Source of the DNA: an uncultured Clostridia bacterium
GTDB taxonomy: Bacteria; Bacillota; Clostridia; Christensenellales; Borkfalkiaceae
Direction: 5' to 3'
Assembly (NCBI GenBank): GCA_944328845.1
Contig: CALVHV010000001.1
Span: 1 to 60,334, forward strand
DNA length: 60,334 bases
Below the pieces are notes generated by a model, which was not told the DNA's origin, did no database searches, and saw only the letters and a program-made list of their open reading frames with translations. The stretch's first letter is position 1. Every line of letters starts with the position of its first letter. Positions 17,322-27,962 of the stretch are shown here, piece by piece. Both the position numbers and the translations under genes were made by a program.

Positions 17322-18695
17322 TTACGCATTCTCCGACAAAAGCTGTCTCTCCCTTAAAAGGGCGGGTTTAAGCTTGCGCCTGTATACGCGGCAGTAGATG
17401 ATGATCAGGATGATATCCGCACCGATCCACGCCGCAGGATTGGCGGAACAGATACCGACAAAGCCCCACAGGCTTGCAAAGACGAGCGCTGCAAAGACGC
17501 GCATGACCAATTCGCTCACTCCCGAAAGCATGGTGACGGCAGAAAAGCCCATTCCCTGAATGCCGTTTCTGTACAGGTAGATCAGTCCCAGGAACAGATA
17601 AGAGCCCGTATTGATGAAGAGGAACAGATAGGCGTCATCCTGAATGGTGGCGTAGTCTTCGGAAAACAGCCGCAGCAGAGGCGAACGTAAGACGAGCACC
17701 AGCAAAAATCCCGCCACGCTGAACAGCACGGTGAGCACCAGGCCGATGTTCATGCCCTTGCGGATCCGCTCAAAACGGTGCGCTCCGTAGTTCTGCGCGC
17801 AATAGGTAGCGATGGCTGCGCCCATCGCCAAAAAGGGCTGCTGCGCAATGGTATCGATTTTGGAGGCAGCCGTATACGCCGCGACTTTCATCGTGCCCAA
17901 ATCGTTGAGTACCGACTGCACAACCATTACCCCGACGGCGGTGATGGAAAACTGCAGAGCCATGGGTAACCCGACCATCGTATGTTTCCAGGCAAACGCT
18001 GTATTCCAGCGGAAATGCTCCTTGCGGATGCGCAAAATCTCGTATCTCTTCAAGCCGTACGCGATACAGGCGATCCCCGCGATCAGCTGCGATAACACGG
18101 TAGCGAGCCCCGCCCCCATCACATCCATACGGAAATAGAGAATAAAGAGAAAATCCAGCCCGATGTTCAAAACGGACGCCATGATGAGGAAGATGAGCGG
18201 GGAACGGCTGTCTCCGATGGCGCGCAGCATTGCCGCCGACATATTGTAGACGACGGTCGCCGCCACGCCCGCGTAAATGGTGACGATATAAGAATAAGCG
18301 CGGTCGATAATGTCGTCGCCCGTGTGCATGAGTTTGAGCAGCGGCATTGCCGTAGGAACGGAGATCGCCGTGACGACAATGGAGACGATGATGCTCAGGA
18401 TGTAACAGGTCCCCACGGAACGCTTAAAATTCTCTTCGCTTTTGGCACCGAAATACTGCGCCATCATCACGCCGAATCCGCCCGTGATGCCTGAAATAAA
18501 ACCGATGACGAGAAAACTGATCGACCCCGTGCAACCTACCGCCGCCAGCGCAGACAGAGAGATCGTCTGCCCGACGATGATGGTATCCACCATGCTGTAC
18601 AGCTGCTGAAAGATGTTGCTGATGAGGATGGGGATGCAGAAATACAAAATATTTTTCCAAGGATTACCGACTGTAAGATCTACAGAACCTTTCAT
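17322..18695 (-). CDS. MATE family efflux transporter
   Basis: DLTVG, QQLYSMVDTIIVG, RAIGDSRSPL, GAGLATV, QNYGA; 12 TM segments. Confidence 0.95.
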   Translation of the reverse strand: MKGSVDLTVGNPWKNILYFCIPILISNIFQQLYSMVDTIIVGQTISLSALAAVGCTGSISFLVIGFISGITGGFGVMMAQYFGAKSEENFKRSVGTCYILSIIVSIVVTAISVPTAMPLLKLMHTGDDIIDRAYSYIVTIYAGVAATVVYNMSAAMLRAIGDSRSPLIFLIMASVLNIGLDFLFILYFRMDVMGAGLATVLSQLIAGIACIAYGLKRYEILRIRKEHFRWNTAFAWKHTMVGLPMALQFSITAVGVMVVQSVLNDLGTMKVAAYTAASKIDTIAQQPFLAMGAAIATYCAQNYGAHRFERIRKGMNIGLVLTVLFSVAGFLLVLVLRSPLLRLFSEDYATIQDDAYLFLFINTGSYLFLGLIYLYRNGIQGMGFSAVTMLSGVSELVMRVFAALVFASLWGFVGICSANPAAWIGADIILIIIYCRVYRRKLKPALLRERQLLSENA

Positions 18696-18731
18696 AACAA
18701 TGACCTAAAATACCTTTTTTCACCGCGAAAC

Positions 18732-18760
18732 ATTATAATCTCATAAAGCAAAAAAGTCTA
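18732..18760 (-). promoter_or_regulatory. sigma-A promoter TAGACT-N17-TATAAT
   Basis: Upstream of the MATE gene. Confidence 0.6.
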
Positions 18761-18795
18761 TCGTTTGTAACGGTTTTTTCAGGAAAATTTCAAGC

Positions 18796-18837
18796 AAAAA
18801 AAGGGAAAGTCCGCTCTCGGCCGACTCCCCCTTTTTG
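18796..18837. terminator. terminator after the GH13 gene
   Basis: GC-rich imperfect stem flanked by A- and T-runs. Confidence 0.6.
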
Positions 18838-18863
18838 AATTCTTTAAACGGTCCTGCCGCCGT

Positions 18864-20180
18864 TCAGATATTCTTTCTGAACAGCTTTACCGAATACGGC
18901 GGCAGATAGATATCGTTGAGGTTTCGCACTTCTCCCGTCAGAAGATCTGTCCCCTCCGCTTCCTCCACGCGCACCGTAATGTCCTCGCCGGAAATGTTGA
19001 AAGCGCAATAGATACGCTCGGCATCCTTTTCCCGCTTATAACACATATATTTGTTGGAAAGGACGCATTTATCATAGCTCCCGTAAGAGAGAGCGCGGCT
19101 TTCCTTGCGGATCGCATTCAGCTTCTGAACCCATTTCAACAGATCTGGGCGCTTGTTTTTGTCGATGTCGTCGATGCAAGGACGAAGTTTGTAGTCGTTG
19201 TCCGACTTGTCTCCTTCCGCCGCACATTCCGAACCGTAGTAGACGCAAGGGATACCCGGCATCGTGTATAAGATGGCATACATGGCAAACAATTTGTCCT
19301 TGTTTTGCAGGGCGGTGTAAGCGCGCACGACGTCGTGATTGTCTACAAAATTAAAGAGATGTTTTCCCGTGTACAGGCACCACGGCTGCGAACCGAACAG
19401 CCGCTCGAGCGAGTGTTCGATCTCGAACAGATTGTCCGAATTGAGCGCGGAGGTAAGCCCCTTGTAACACTCGTAATTGGTCATGGAATCCAGTCTCTGC
19501 GGCGTCAGGTTTTTAGCAAAGTTCTGCCCGTGGATGACCTCCGCCATCAGGAAGAAATCCTCCCGTCTCTCGCGGACGGTACGCCGCAAGAACTCGAAAA
19601 ACCATTCGGGAAGCAGGTAGGCGACGTCCAGCCTCAATCCGTCGATGCCGAATTCGTCTATCCAATACAAGACGGCGCGGCGGATATAGTCGACGACCCC
19701 TTCGTTTTGCAGATTGAGCTTGACAAGCTCCATATGTCCTTCCCAGCCTTCGTAGCCGAATCCGTCATTGTAAGGGCTGTTCCCGCCGAAATGGATATAA
19801 AACCAAGATGTCTTGTCCGAGCCCTCGCGTTTTTGGCGCACGTCTTCAAAGGCGGCAAAACGTCTGCCGACATGGTTGAACACGCCGTCGAGAACGACGC
19901 GGATGCCCGCGCTGTGAAATTTTTCGACCAGCGCTTTAAATTCTTCGTTGGTGCCGAGGCGGCGGTCCACTTTAAAAAAGTCGACCGTGTCGTACCCGTG
20001 TCTCTCGCTCTCGAAAAGCGGATTAAACAAGACGGCATTAAAGCCGCACTTTTTGATATAGTCGATCTCCTCTTCGATCTTGCCGAAACGATGGCGCGCT
20101 TCGCCAAAATCGTTTTCGCGTTCTGCCCCGCAAAAACCGAGCGGATAGATCTGATAAAAAACACTCTCGTCAAACCACAT
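18864..20180 (-). CDS. GH13 alpha-amylase family (cyclomaltodextrinase/neopullulanase-like, no N-domain)
   Basis: HGYDT, DGVFNH, GLRLDVA, AEV, NHD catalytic triad; PGIPCVYYG. Confidence 0.92.
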   Translation of the reverse strand: MWFDESVFYQIYPLGFCGAERENDFGEARHRFGKIEEEIDYIKKCGFNAVLFNPLFESERHGYDTVDFFKVDRRLGTNEEFKALVEKFHSAGIRVVLDGVFNHVGRRFAAFEDVRQKREGSDKTSWFYIHFGGNSPYNDGFGYEGWEGHMELVKLNLQNEGVVDYIRRAVLYWIDEFGIDGLRLDVAYLLPEWFFEFLRRTVRERREDFFLMAEVIHGQNFAKNLTPQRLDSMTNYECYKGLTSALNSDNLFEIEHSLERLFGSQPWCLYTGKHLFNFVDNHDVVRAYTALQNKDKLFAMYAILYTMPGIPCVYYGSECAAEGDKSDNDYKLRPCIDDIDKNKRPDLLKWVQKLNAIRKESRALSYGSYDKCVLSNKYMCYKREKDAERIYCAFNISGEDITVRVEEAEGTDLLTGEVRNLNDIYLPPYSVKLFRKNI

Positions 20181-20227
20181 ATAAGAATGCCCCTGCGTTG
20201 AATTGCCGTCAATTCGCGGCTCTTCTT

Positions 20228-20256
20228 ATTATACCATGCCAAGACGGACTCGTCAA
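20228..20256 (-). promoter_or_regulatory. sigma-A promoter TTGACG-N17-TATAAT
   Basis: Extended -10; drives the GH13 gene. Confidence 0.8.
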
Positions 20257-20303
20257 TCCTTGGCAAAAAATTGGCGCGAAAAAGGCGTGCAGATAGAAAA
20301 TCG

Positions 20304-20332
20304 TTGACATTTTTCAGAAAAAAGCGTATTAT
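20304..20332 (+). promoter_or_regulatory. sigma-A promoter TTGACA-N17-TATTAT
   Basis: Divergent promoter for the antiporter. Confidence 0.75.
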
Positions 20333-20358
20333 TCTCTGTGGTAAAAAGAGGTTTTTTG

Positions 20359-21666
20359 ATGGACGTTACGAAAATTTTTTGGGATCTTGCCGTGATCCTT
20401 CTCTCAACCAAATTGCTTGGTATGCTGATGCGAAAACTGGGTCTGCCGCAAGTCGTCGGAGCCGTGATCGCAGGGCTTCTGATCGGGCCCGCCATCTGGG
20501 GACAGTTCGGCTGGTGGTCGCCTGTACAGCCTTCGGAAGCTGAGAGCGTATTTTTGGACGGGATCGCCGAGATCGGCGTCGTGCTTATCCTGTTTTCCGC
20601 TGGGCTGGAAACGGACGTAAAAGAACTGAAGCGTTCCGGTCTCGCCGCAACACTGATCGCGGGCGGCGGCGTCCTGACTCCCATGGCGCTCGGGTTCCTC
20701 GTTGCCGTACCCTTCCTCGGAGGTTTTTCCGCCCTTTCTGATTCGGCTATTCTCCTCGACGCGGTCTTTATCGGCGTTATCCTCGCCGCCACCAGCGTCG
20801 GCATCACCGTAGAGACGCTGAAGGAAATGGGCAAACTGAACGGGCGCGTGGGTACGACCATCCTCTCCGCCGCCATCATCGACGACGTGATCGGTATCGT
20901 CGTGCTTTCCATCGTCATCGGGTTCAAAGATCCTTCCGCCAATCCCTGGATGACCATCCTGATGACGGTACTCTTCTTTGTCTGCGCCATCGTCGTCGGA
21001 TTCTTTATCAAAAAACTGTTCCGTTATCTTTCCGAAAAATACGACCACACGCGCCGCATCCCCATTCTGGGGCTGGTCACCTGCTTTTTGTACGCCTTTG
21101 CCGCGGAAAAGCTGTTCGGCATAGCGGATATCACAGGCGCTTACGTCGCAGGCATCGTACTCAGTTCTCTGAAGGACACCAACTACATAGACAGGAAGGT
21201 GGACATCAACTCGTACATGATCTTCTCCCCCGTCTTTTTTGCCAATATCGGTATCGGGGTGAGTTTTGACGGCTTTTCCCCCACGCTGCTCCTGTTCGGG
21301 CTCTGCTTTGTCCTGGCGGGCATTGCCGGCAAGATCATCGGATGCGGCGGCGTTGCAAAACTTTGCAGACACAACTGGAAAGAATCTGCGCAGATCGGCT
21401 GCGGGATGATCGCCCGCGGCGAAGTGGCGCTGGTCGTGTGCAGCAAAGGAATGGAGGGCGGACTGTTTGCGGGGACGGCGATCACGCCCGTGGTGCCCGT
21501 CATCATGCTCGTTGTTCTCTCTTCCCTGCTCTGCCCCATCCTCTTAAAGCTCCTCTTTAAACGTGACGGCGCGCTCCCGCTCTCTCCCGATCAGAATTTG
21601 CCGAAACAGGAAGAAATTCGGGAAGAACCTGCCGCGGAGGGTACACCCGAAGGACAGACCGTCTGA
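20359..21666 (+). CDS. CPA2 cation:proton antiporter (NapA/GerN-like)
   Basis: GLPQVVG, LFSAGLE, ATSVGIT, AAIIDDV, GMIARGEVAL. Confidence 0.92.
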   Translation: MDVTKIFWDLAVILLSTKLLGMLMRKLGLPQVVGAVIAGLLIGPAIWGQFGWWSPVQPSEAESVFLDGIAEIGVVLILFSAGLETDVKELKRSGLAATLIAGGGVLTPMALGFLVAVPFLGGFSALSDSAILLDAVFIGVILAATSVGITVETLKEMGKLNGRVGTTILSAAIIDDVIGIVVLSIVIGFKDPSANPWMTILMTVLFFVCAIVVGFFIKKLFRYLSEKYDHTRRIPILGLVTCFLYAFAAEKLFGIADITGAYVAGIVLSSLKDTNYIDRKVDINSYMIFSPVFFANIGIGVSFDGFSPTLLLFGLCFVLAGIAGKIIGCGGVAKLCRHNWKESAQIGCGMIARGEVALVVCSKGMEGGLFAGTAITPVVPVIMLVVLSSLLCPILLKLLFKRDGALPLSPDQNLPKQEEIREEPAAEGTPEGQTV

Positions 21667-21679
21667 AACGCTCAACATC

Positions 21680-21763
21680 AAAGCCAGCCTTTTGCACTTT
21701 GCAAAAGGCTGGCTTTTGTTAAAAACGAGCCTCGCTCCCCTCTTTCGGGAGCGAGGCTTTTTT
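21680..21763. terminator. two tandem hairpins between the convergent antiporter and purL genes
   Basis: 17-bp perfect stem at 21680..21716 and 12-bp stem at 21728..21758 with T/A tails. Confidence 0.8.
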
Positions 21764-21765
21764 GA

Positions 21766-24700
21766 TCATTTGAAATACTTGACGCCGCTTTCGAACAATT
21801 TCATATCGAAATTGCCCGTATAGTTTTTATAGAGATTTTCACCCGTGCGCTCGGTGTGCCCCATCTTTCCGTACACCCTGCCATCGGGAGAAGTGATGCC
21901 CTCTATTGCCCAGGCGGAACCGTTGGGATTGTACGGGTATTCCATGGTAGGCTTGCCCGAGAGATCGCAATACTGTGTTGCGATCTGCCCGTTCTCCGCC
22001 ATCTTTTCCAGTTCTTTGAAAGGAGCCACGATCCTGCCTTCGCCGTGAGAAACGGGGACGGTGAACACGTCGCCCACCTTGCATGCGGACAGCCAGGGAG
22101 ACTTGTCGGATGCCACGCGGATATCCACGAGCGTGGAAACGTGACGGGAAATATTATTATAGGTCAGCGTCGGGCTGGACGCGGTCAGAGGGCGGATCTC
22201 GCCGTAAGGGACAAGCCCGAGTTTGATCAGCGCCTGGAAACCGTTACAGATGCCCAGTACAAGTCCGTCGCGTTCTTTCAAAAGCTTCATCACCTGCTCG
22301 GCAATGCGAGGATTGCGGAAGGTGGTAGCGATGAATTTACCGCTGCCGTCCGGTTCGTCGCCGCCCGAAAAACCGCCGGGGAACGCGATGATGTTGGCGC
22401 GGGAGATCGCTTTGCAGATGGCCTGCACGCTCTCTTCGATGTCTGCCGCGGAGCGGTTCCTGACCACGACGATCTCGCTCTGCGCCCCTGCCAGATCAAA
22501 CTTGCGCGCCGTATCCAACTCGCAGTTCGTGCCGGGGAAAACGGGAATGAACACGCGCGGCTTTGCAGCCTTTGTAGAGATGTTAGAATAGCGCTTCTCC
22601 GCTTTGAAATCTACATTCTTTGCCTTTCCCTGCGCCTCCGCATGGTTGGGGAACACAGATTCCAGCGTGCCGCAGAACGCCTGTTCCGCTTCTTCTCCGG
22701 ACACCTTTTCCTTGTCGTAAACAAAATCTTTATCCGTCGTTTCACCGACAAAGATCTTGGTGCAATGCAGCTCCTCCGGATGATCGAGGGCAACAATAAT
22801 TTCGCCGTAATGCTCCGAAAGCAGGCAATCGGCATCCCCTTCAAAACGGAATCCCAGCCCGTTGCCAAGGCAGGATCTGACGATGGCAGAAGCGATGCCG
22901 CCGTTTTCCACGACCGTAGCAAAACGGATATTTTTGCCGAGGATGTTCCTGTGGATCTCGCGATACATCTGAGCGAGCTCTTTAAAATCTGGGATCTTAT
23001 TGAAATCCTTATGCATCGGGATCCAGTACAGTTTTGTACCCGTTTCGGAAAGGACGTTGGTGATGAGTTCACTTGCCTTAGCGGGAGCCAATGCAAAAGA
23101 AATGAGAGTGGGCGGAACGTCGATATGTTCAAAAGTACCGCTCATACTGTCTTTGCCGCCAATGGCGCCCAACCCCAATCCGATCTGCGCGTACAGTGCA
23201 CCGAGAAGTGCGGACAGAGGCACACCCCAACGTTTAGGGTCGCGGTTCAGGCGCATGAAAAATTCCTGGAAAGTGAGGCGAACGGCATCGTAATCGCAGC
23301 CGCTGGCGATCAGCTTGGCGACAGAAGCGACGATGCTGTAGATCGCACCCGTAAACGGGCTGTTGTTCATCAGAGCGGCACTGTAGCCGTAAGAAGAGAC
23401 GGTGGCGACGTCCGTTTCGCCGCCGCAGATTTTGGCTGCCATGGCAATGGCGGGCGTCAGCTGTTTCTTTCCGCCGAAAGGCATATAGACGGTGCGCGCC
23501 CCGATGGTCGAATCGAACATCTCCGAAAGCCCCTTCTTGGAGCAGACATTGAGCGCGGAGAGAGAAGCAAGGAGGTCTTCGCGGAAATCTTTCTGTTTCT
23601 GTTCGAAATAGTTGGTGACGTTGTCGTCGATCTCCGCGGAAATGATCTGTTTAACGCCGTTTGTGTCGAGGAAATCGCGGGAGATGTCCACGATCGGCCT
23701 GCCCTTGAACAGCATCTTCATGCGACGATCATCCGTAACGACGGCGACGGGGGTCGCCGCAAGGTTTTCCTGCGCGGCGAGACGGATAAATTCCTTTTCG
23801 TCCTTTGCCGCCACGACGACCGCCATGCGCTCCTGCGATTCGGAGATGGCAAGCTCCGTCCCGGAAAGCCCCTCATATTTGAGCGGCACTTTGTCCAGAT
23901 CGATGACCAGCCCGTCGGAGAGTTCGCCGATGGCGACGGAAACGCCGCCCGCGCCGAAGTCGTTGCACTTTTTGATCTTGCGGGTGACCTCTTTATTGAG
24001 GAAGAGGCGCTGCAATTTGCGCTCGGTGAGCGGATTACCCTTCTGCACTTCCGCGCCGCATGTCTCCACGGAATGGGAATCGTGCGCCTTGGAAGACCCC
24101 GTAGCTCCGCCGCAGCCGTCCCTGCCCGTTTCGCCGCCCAGCAGGATGATAATGTCCCCTTTCTTCGGCTTTTCGCGGTAGACCATATCCCTGCGCGCGC
24201 CGCCGACGACAAAGCCCGTCTCCAGTCTCTTTGCTTTGTAACCGGGATGATACACTTCGTCTACGATGCCCGTCGCAAGCCCGATCTGGTTTCCGTAAGA
24301 GGAAAAACCTGCCGCCGCCGTCTTGGTGATAACGCGCTGCGGAAGTTTGCCGGGAAGGGTGTCTTCCACCTTTTCGCGGGGATCGGCACAGCCCGTAATG
24401 CGCATTGCCTGATAGACATACGTTCTGCCCGAAAGCGGATCACGGATAGCACCGCCGAGACAGGTCGCCGCGCCGCCGAAGGGTTCGATCTCCGTCGGAT
24501 GGTTGTGCGTCTCGTTCTTGAACATGACGAGGTATTTTTCTACCTTGCCGTCGATCTCCGCATCGATACAGATAGAGCAGGCGTTGATCTCGTCCGAAAC
24601 GTCCAGATTGTCCAGTCTGCCCTCTTTTTTCAGTTTCTTGACGGCGATGGTCGCAATGTCCATCAGGCAGGGATATTTATCCGCCCTGCCGCCGTTGCAC

Positions 24701-25470
24701 TCTTTAAAGAGGTCGTTGTACAGATCGTACGCCTTCTGGATATGAGGGTTGTCCGAACGGATGGTAACGTCCTTGATCTCCGTCGCAAACGTCGTATGAC
24801 GGCAATGGTCCGACCAATAGGTGTCGATGACCTTGATCTCCGTTTCCGTCGGGTTCCTGCCCTCTTTTTTAAAGTAATCGCGCACGAACACGAGGTCTTC
24901 CACGCTCATGGCAAACCCGTTTTTCTTATGATACTGCGCGATGTCGTTGACAGACATATCGATAAAGCCCGCCACTTCGGCAACGTCGTGCGTCTCCATC
25001 TTTGCGCGCGCGAGCGTTTGCGGCTTATCGAGAGAAACTTCCGAACTCTCCACGGGGTTGATGAGGTGTTTTTTGATTTTTTCAAGTTCCGCGTCCGTCA
25101 CTCCCTTGACGGCGTATACACGCGCGCACTTGATGAGAGGCCTGTTTTTCTGCGTAAGAAGCTGTACGCACTGCGCCGCACTGTCCGCGCGCTGGTCGTA
25201 CTGCCCGTCCAGATAGGCGATCGCAAAAACTTTGCAATAGTCGTCAACGGGGAACTGTTCACGATAAACGTTGTCTACGGGCGGCTCGGAAAAGACGTTG
25301 ATGACGGCTCCTTCCAGCTCCTCTTCGCTGATCCCTTCCACATCGTAGCGCAGGATCTCACGAAGGTCCTCCACGCCGATGCCCAGCTGCGTTTCCAGAT
25401 CGCCGCGGATCTTTTTTGCCTGTAAATTTTCTTTTTTCTCAACAAATATCCTGTATATCATCCGAGTCAT
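21766..25470 (-). CDS. purL: FGAM synthase, single-chain large form with fused glutaminase (start may be 25461)
   Basis: YWSDHCRH, KNETHNHPT, DFGAGG, SESQERM, FPGTNCE, GGFSGGD, GICNGFQ, HGEG, NPNGS, GHTER. Confidence 0.97.
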   Translation of the reverse strand: MTRMIYRIFVEKKENLQAKKIRGDLETQLGIGVEDLREILRYDVEGISEEELEGAVINVFSEPPVDNVYREQFPVDDYCKVFAIAYLDGQYDQRADSAAQCVQLLTQKNRPLIKCARVYAVKGVTDAELEKIKKHLINPVESSEVSLDKPQTLARAKMETHDVAEVAGFIDMSVNDIAQYHKKNGFAMSVEDLVFVRDYFKKEGRNPTETEIKVIDTYWSDHCRHTTFATEIKDVTIRSDNPHIQKAYDLYNDLFKECNGGRADKYPCLMDIATIAVKKLKKEGRLDNLDVSDEINACSICIDAEIDGKVEKYLVMFKNETHNHPTEIEPFGGAATCLGGAIRDPLSGRTYVYQAMRITGCADPREKVEDTLPGKLPQRVITKTAAAGFSSYGNQIGLATGIVDEVYHPGYKAKRLETGFVVGGARRDMVYREKPKKGDIIILLGGETGRDGCGGATGSSKAHDSHSVETCGAEVQKGNPLTERKLQRLFLNKEVTRKIKKCNDFGAGGVSVAIGELSDGLVIDLDKVPLKYEGLSGTELAISESQERMAVVVAAKDEKEFIRLAAQENLAATPVAVVTDDRRMKMLFKGRPIVDISRDFLDTNGVKQIISAEIDDNVTNYFEQKQKDFREDLLASLSALNVCSKKGLSEMFDSTIGARTVYMPFGGKKQLTPAIAMAAKICGGETDVATVSSYGYSAALMNNSPFTGAIYSIVASVAKLIASGCDYDAVRLTFQEFFMRLNRDPKRWGVPLSALLGALYAQIGLGLGAIGGKDSMSGTFEHIDVPPTLISFALAPAKASELITNVLSETGTKLYWIPMHKDFNKIPDFKELAQMYREIHRNILGKNIRFATVVENGGIASAIVRSCLGNGLGFRFEGDADCLLSEHYGEIIVALDHPEELHCTKIFVGETTDKDFVYDKEKVSGEEAEQAFCGTLESVFPNHAEAQGKAKNVDFKAEKRYSNISTKAAKPRVFIPVFPGTNCELDTARKFDLAGAQSEIVVVRNRSAADIEESVQAICKAISRANIIAFPGGFSGGDEPDGSGKFIATTFRNPRIAEQVMKLLKERDGLVLGICNGFQALIKLGLVPYGEIRPLTASSPTLTYNNISRHVSTLVDIRVASDKSPWLSACKVGDVFTVPVSHGEGRIVAPFKELEKMAENGQIATQYCDLSGKPTMEYPYNPNGSAWAIEGITSPDGRVYGKMGHTERTGENLYKNYTGNFDMKLFESGVKYFK

Positions 25471-26753
25471 TCCTCTGCATTGTATTTGATTCCGATGTCC
25501 GTGCGGTACTGCATCCCTTCAAAGGAGATTTTTTTTACGTTGGCATACGCCTTGGCGCGCGCCTCTTTGACCGTCTTTCCCTTGGCGCAGACACCGAGCA
25601 CCCTGCCGCCGCTCGTCTTTAAAACGCCGTTGTCCGACGCGGTGCCGGCATGATACAAGAACACGTCCTTGTCCAGATCTCCGATCGTGATCTCTTTGCC
25701 CTTGGCATAGTTTTTCGGATAGCCGCCGCTGGCAAGGACGACGCACACGCAGGCGCCTTCTTCCCATTCGATCTTTACGTCCGAAAGCCGTTCGTCCGTG
25801 ATTGCCTGGAAGATCTCCATCAGGTCTGTCTTGAGCATAGGCAGAACGACCTGCGTTTCGGGATCGCCGAAGCGGGCGTTGTACTCCACCACCTTCATCC
25901 CGTCGGGCGTGCGCATCAGTCCGAAATACAGGACGCCTTTAAAGGGTCTGCCCTCGGCGTTCATTGCGCGCACGGTGGGAAGAAGGATCTTTTCCATCAC
26001 TTCGTCCGCGATCTCCTGCGTATAGAAAGGACAGGGCGTAAAAGTGCCCATGCCGCCCGTGTTCAACCCCTTATCTCCGTCCAGCGCGCGCTTATGATCG
26101 CAGCTGGGGATCATAGGGACGATAGTCTTTCCGTCCGTAAAAGTGAGGACGGAAACTTCTTCTCCGGGGGTAAATTCTTTTCCCGTAAGAAATTCTTCCA
26201 CGACGACCTTGTTTCCCGCGGCGCCGAACGCCTTGTCAAGCATGATCTGCCTGAGCCCGTCCCGCGCCTGCTGCAGATTTTCGCAGATGAGAACGCCCTT
26301 TCCGAGCGCAAGTCCGTCCGCCTTTAAGACAACGGGGAACTTGCCCTTCTCGACGTAAGCGAGCGCCTTCTCATAATCGTCGAAAATTTCATACGCCGCC
26401 GTGGGAATGCCGTATTTTTTCATCAGAGCTTTGGCGAAAGCCTTGCTCGATTCGATCTCCGCCGCTTTCTTGTTCGGCCCGAATACGCGATGCCCGCGGC
26501 TTTCCAGTTCGTCTGCAAGTCCCAGCGCCAACGGATCGTCGGGCGCAATGACAGTGTATTCCACGTCCTTATGCGCATCGACCCAGTCGCCCACCGCCTT
26601 CAGATCGCAGTAATCGACGTTGACACACTCGGCAAGCTGTGCGATGCCCGCATTGCCCTTCATGCAGTAAATTTTATCGACGGAAGGACTTTTGGAGAGC
26701 GCCGCCACGATGGCGTGCTCTCTGCCTCCGTTTCCGATGACGAGTACGTTCAT
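25467..26753 (-). CDS. purD: phosphoribosylamine-glycine ligase
   Basis: GNGGREHA, KADGLALGKGV, GLNTGGMG, EYNARFGDPETQ, SGGRVL. Confidence 0.98.
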   Translation of the reverse strand: MNVLVIGNGGREHAIVAALSKSPSVDKIYCMKGNAGIAQLAECVNVDYCDLKAVGDWVDAHKDVEYTVIAPDDPLALGLADELESRGHRVFGPNKKAAEIESSKAFAKALMKKYGIPTAAYEIFDDYEKALAYVEKGKFPVVLKADGLALGKGVLICENLQQARDGLRQIMLDKAFGAAGNKVVVEEFLTGKEFTPGEEVSVLTFTDGKTIVPMIPSCDHKRALDGDKGLNTGGMGTFTPCPFYTQEIADEVMEKILLPTVRAMNAEGRPFKGVLYFGLMRTPDGMKVVEYNARFGDPETQVVLPMLKTDLMEIFQAITDERLSDVKIEWEEGACVCVVLASGGYPKNYAKGKEITIGDLDKDVFLYHAGTASDNGVLKTSGGRVLGVCAKGKTVKEARAKAYANVKKISFEGMQYRTDIGIKYNAEE

Positions 26754-26765
26754 GCCCTACCTCGC

Positions 26766-27950
26766 TCAGTGATGGAACAGGCGCATACCCGTAAACGCCA
26801 TCACCATGTTATACTTGTCGCACGCCTCGATGACGAGATCGTCGCGTACCGAACCGCCCGGCTGCGCCACATAGGAGACGCCGCTCTTTTTTGCGCGTTC
26901 GATGTTGTCCGAGAACGGGAAAAAGGCGTCGCTTCCGAGGGACACGCCCGTCACCTTGGAAAGATAAGCTCTCTTCTCCTCTGCGGTAACGCGCTGCGGG
27001 CGAACGGCAAAATACTGCTTCCACACATCGTCACCGAGCACATCTTCCGCCTCATCCGAGAGATAAATGTCAATAATGTTGTTTTTGTCGGGTCTTCCGA
27101 TCCCTTCGGCAAACTGCAGACCGAGCACCTTGTCGCTCTGCCGCAGATGCCACAGGTCCGCTTTGCTGCCCGCGAGCCTGGTACAATGGATACGCGACTG
27201 CTGCCCCGCGCCCACGCCGATCGCCTGTCCGTCCGCGGCAAAGCAGACAGAGTTGGACTGCGTGTATTTGAGGGTGATGAGAGAGATGATGAGATCGGTC
27301 ACAGCATCGGCGGGAAGAGTTTTGTTCTTCGTGACGATGTTTTTGAGCAGATCCGCATCGATCTTGAATTCGTTTCTGCCCTGTTCGAAGGTAACGCCGA
27401 AAACCTGCTTGCGCTCCACGGGATCGGGCTTATAATCCTTGTCGATCTTGACGATGTTATAGCCGCCCTTTCTCTTGGCCTTGAGGATCTCCAGTGCCTT
27501 GGGGCTGTAACCGGGCGCGATGATGCCGTCCGAGACCTCGCGGGCGATGATCCTCGCCGTCACTTCGTCGCATTCGTCGGAGAGCGCGATCCAGTCCCCG
27601 AAAGAAGACATTCTGTCCGTGCCGCGCGCGCGTGCATAGGCGCAGGCGAGCGGAGAATCGTCCAGACCCTCGATATCATCGACAAAACAGGACTTTTTGA
27701 GGCGGTCGGAAAGTTTTTTGCCGATCGCCGCACTGGTGGGGCTGACGTGCTTGAAAGAAGTAGCGGCGACATTGCCCGTGTTTTCCTTGATCTCCTTGAC
27801 CAGCTGCCAGCTGTTGAACGCGTCGAGGAAATTGATATAGCCGGGCTTTCCGTTCAAAATTTCGATGGGGAGGTCTTTCCCGTTCTCCATGAAAATGCGG
27901 GAAGGTTTCTGGTTGGGATTGCACCCGTATTTAAGCTGAAATTCTTTCAT
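26766..27950 (-). CDS. purH: AICAR transformylase, stand-alone (no IMPCH/MGS domain)
   Basis: Begins at LKYGCNPNQ; FKHVSP, SNSV, GAGQQSRI, SDAFFPF, QPGGS, RLFHH. Confidence 0.92.
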   Translation of the reverse strand: MKEFQLKYGCNPNQKPSRIFMENGKDLPIEILNGKPGYINFLDAFNSWQLVKEIKENTGNVAATSFKHVSPTSAAIGKKLSDRLKKSCFVDDIEGLDDSPLACAYARARGTDRMSSFGDWIALSDECDEVTARIIAREVSDGIIAPGYSPKALEILKAKRKGGYNIVKIDKDYKPDPVERKQVFGVTFEQGRNEFKIDADLLKNIVTKNKTLPADAVTDLIISLITLKYTQSNSVCFAADGQAIGVGAGQQSRIHCTRLAGSKADLWHLRQSDKVLGLQFAEGIGRPDKNNIIDIYLSDEAEDVLGDDVWKQYFAVRPQRVTAEEKRAYLSKVTGVSLGSDAFFPFSDNIERAKKSGVSYVAQPGGSVRDDLVIEACDKYNMVMAFTGMRLFHH

Positions 27951-27962
27951 CGCCCTTTCTCC

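Noticed and set aside
21856-25425. 1189-aa plus-strand ORF antisense to purL, and similar long ORFs at 7858..9906, 26490..28688, 29631..31901, 36340..38010, 38670..40484 and 49407..50933
   Set aside because: These are shadows of real minus-strand genes. Scarce TTA/CTA/TCA codons leave the antisense frame open, and the translations have no recognisable motifs.
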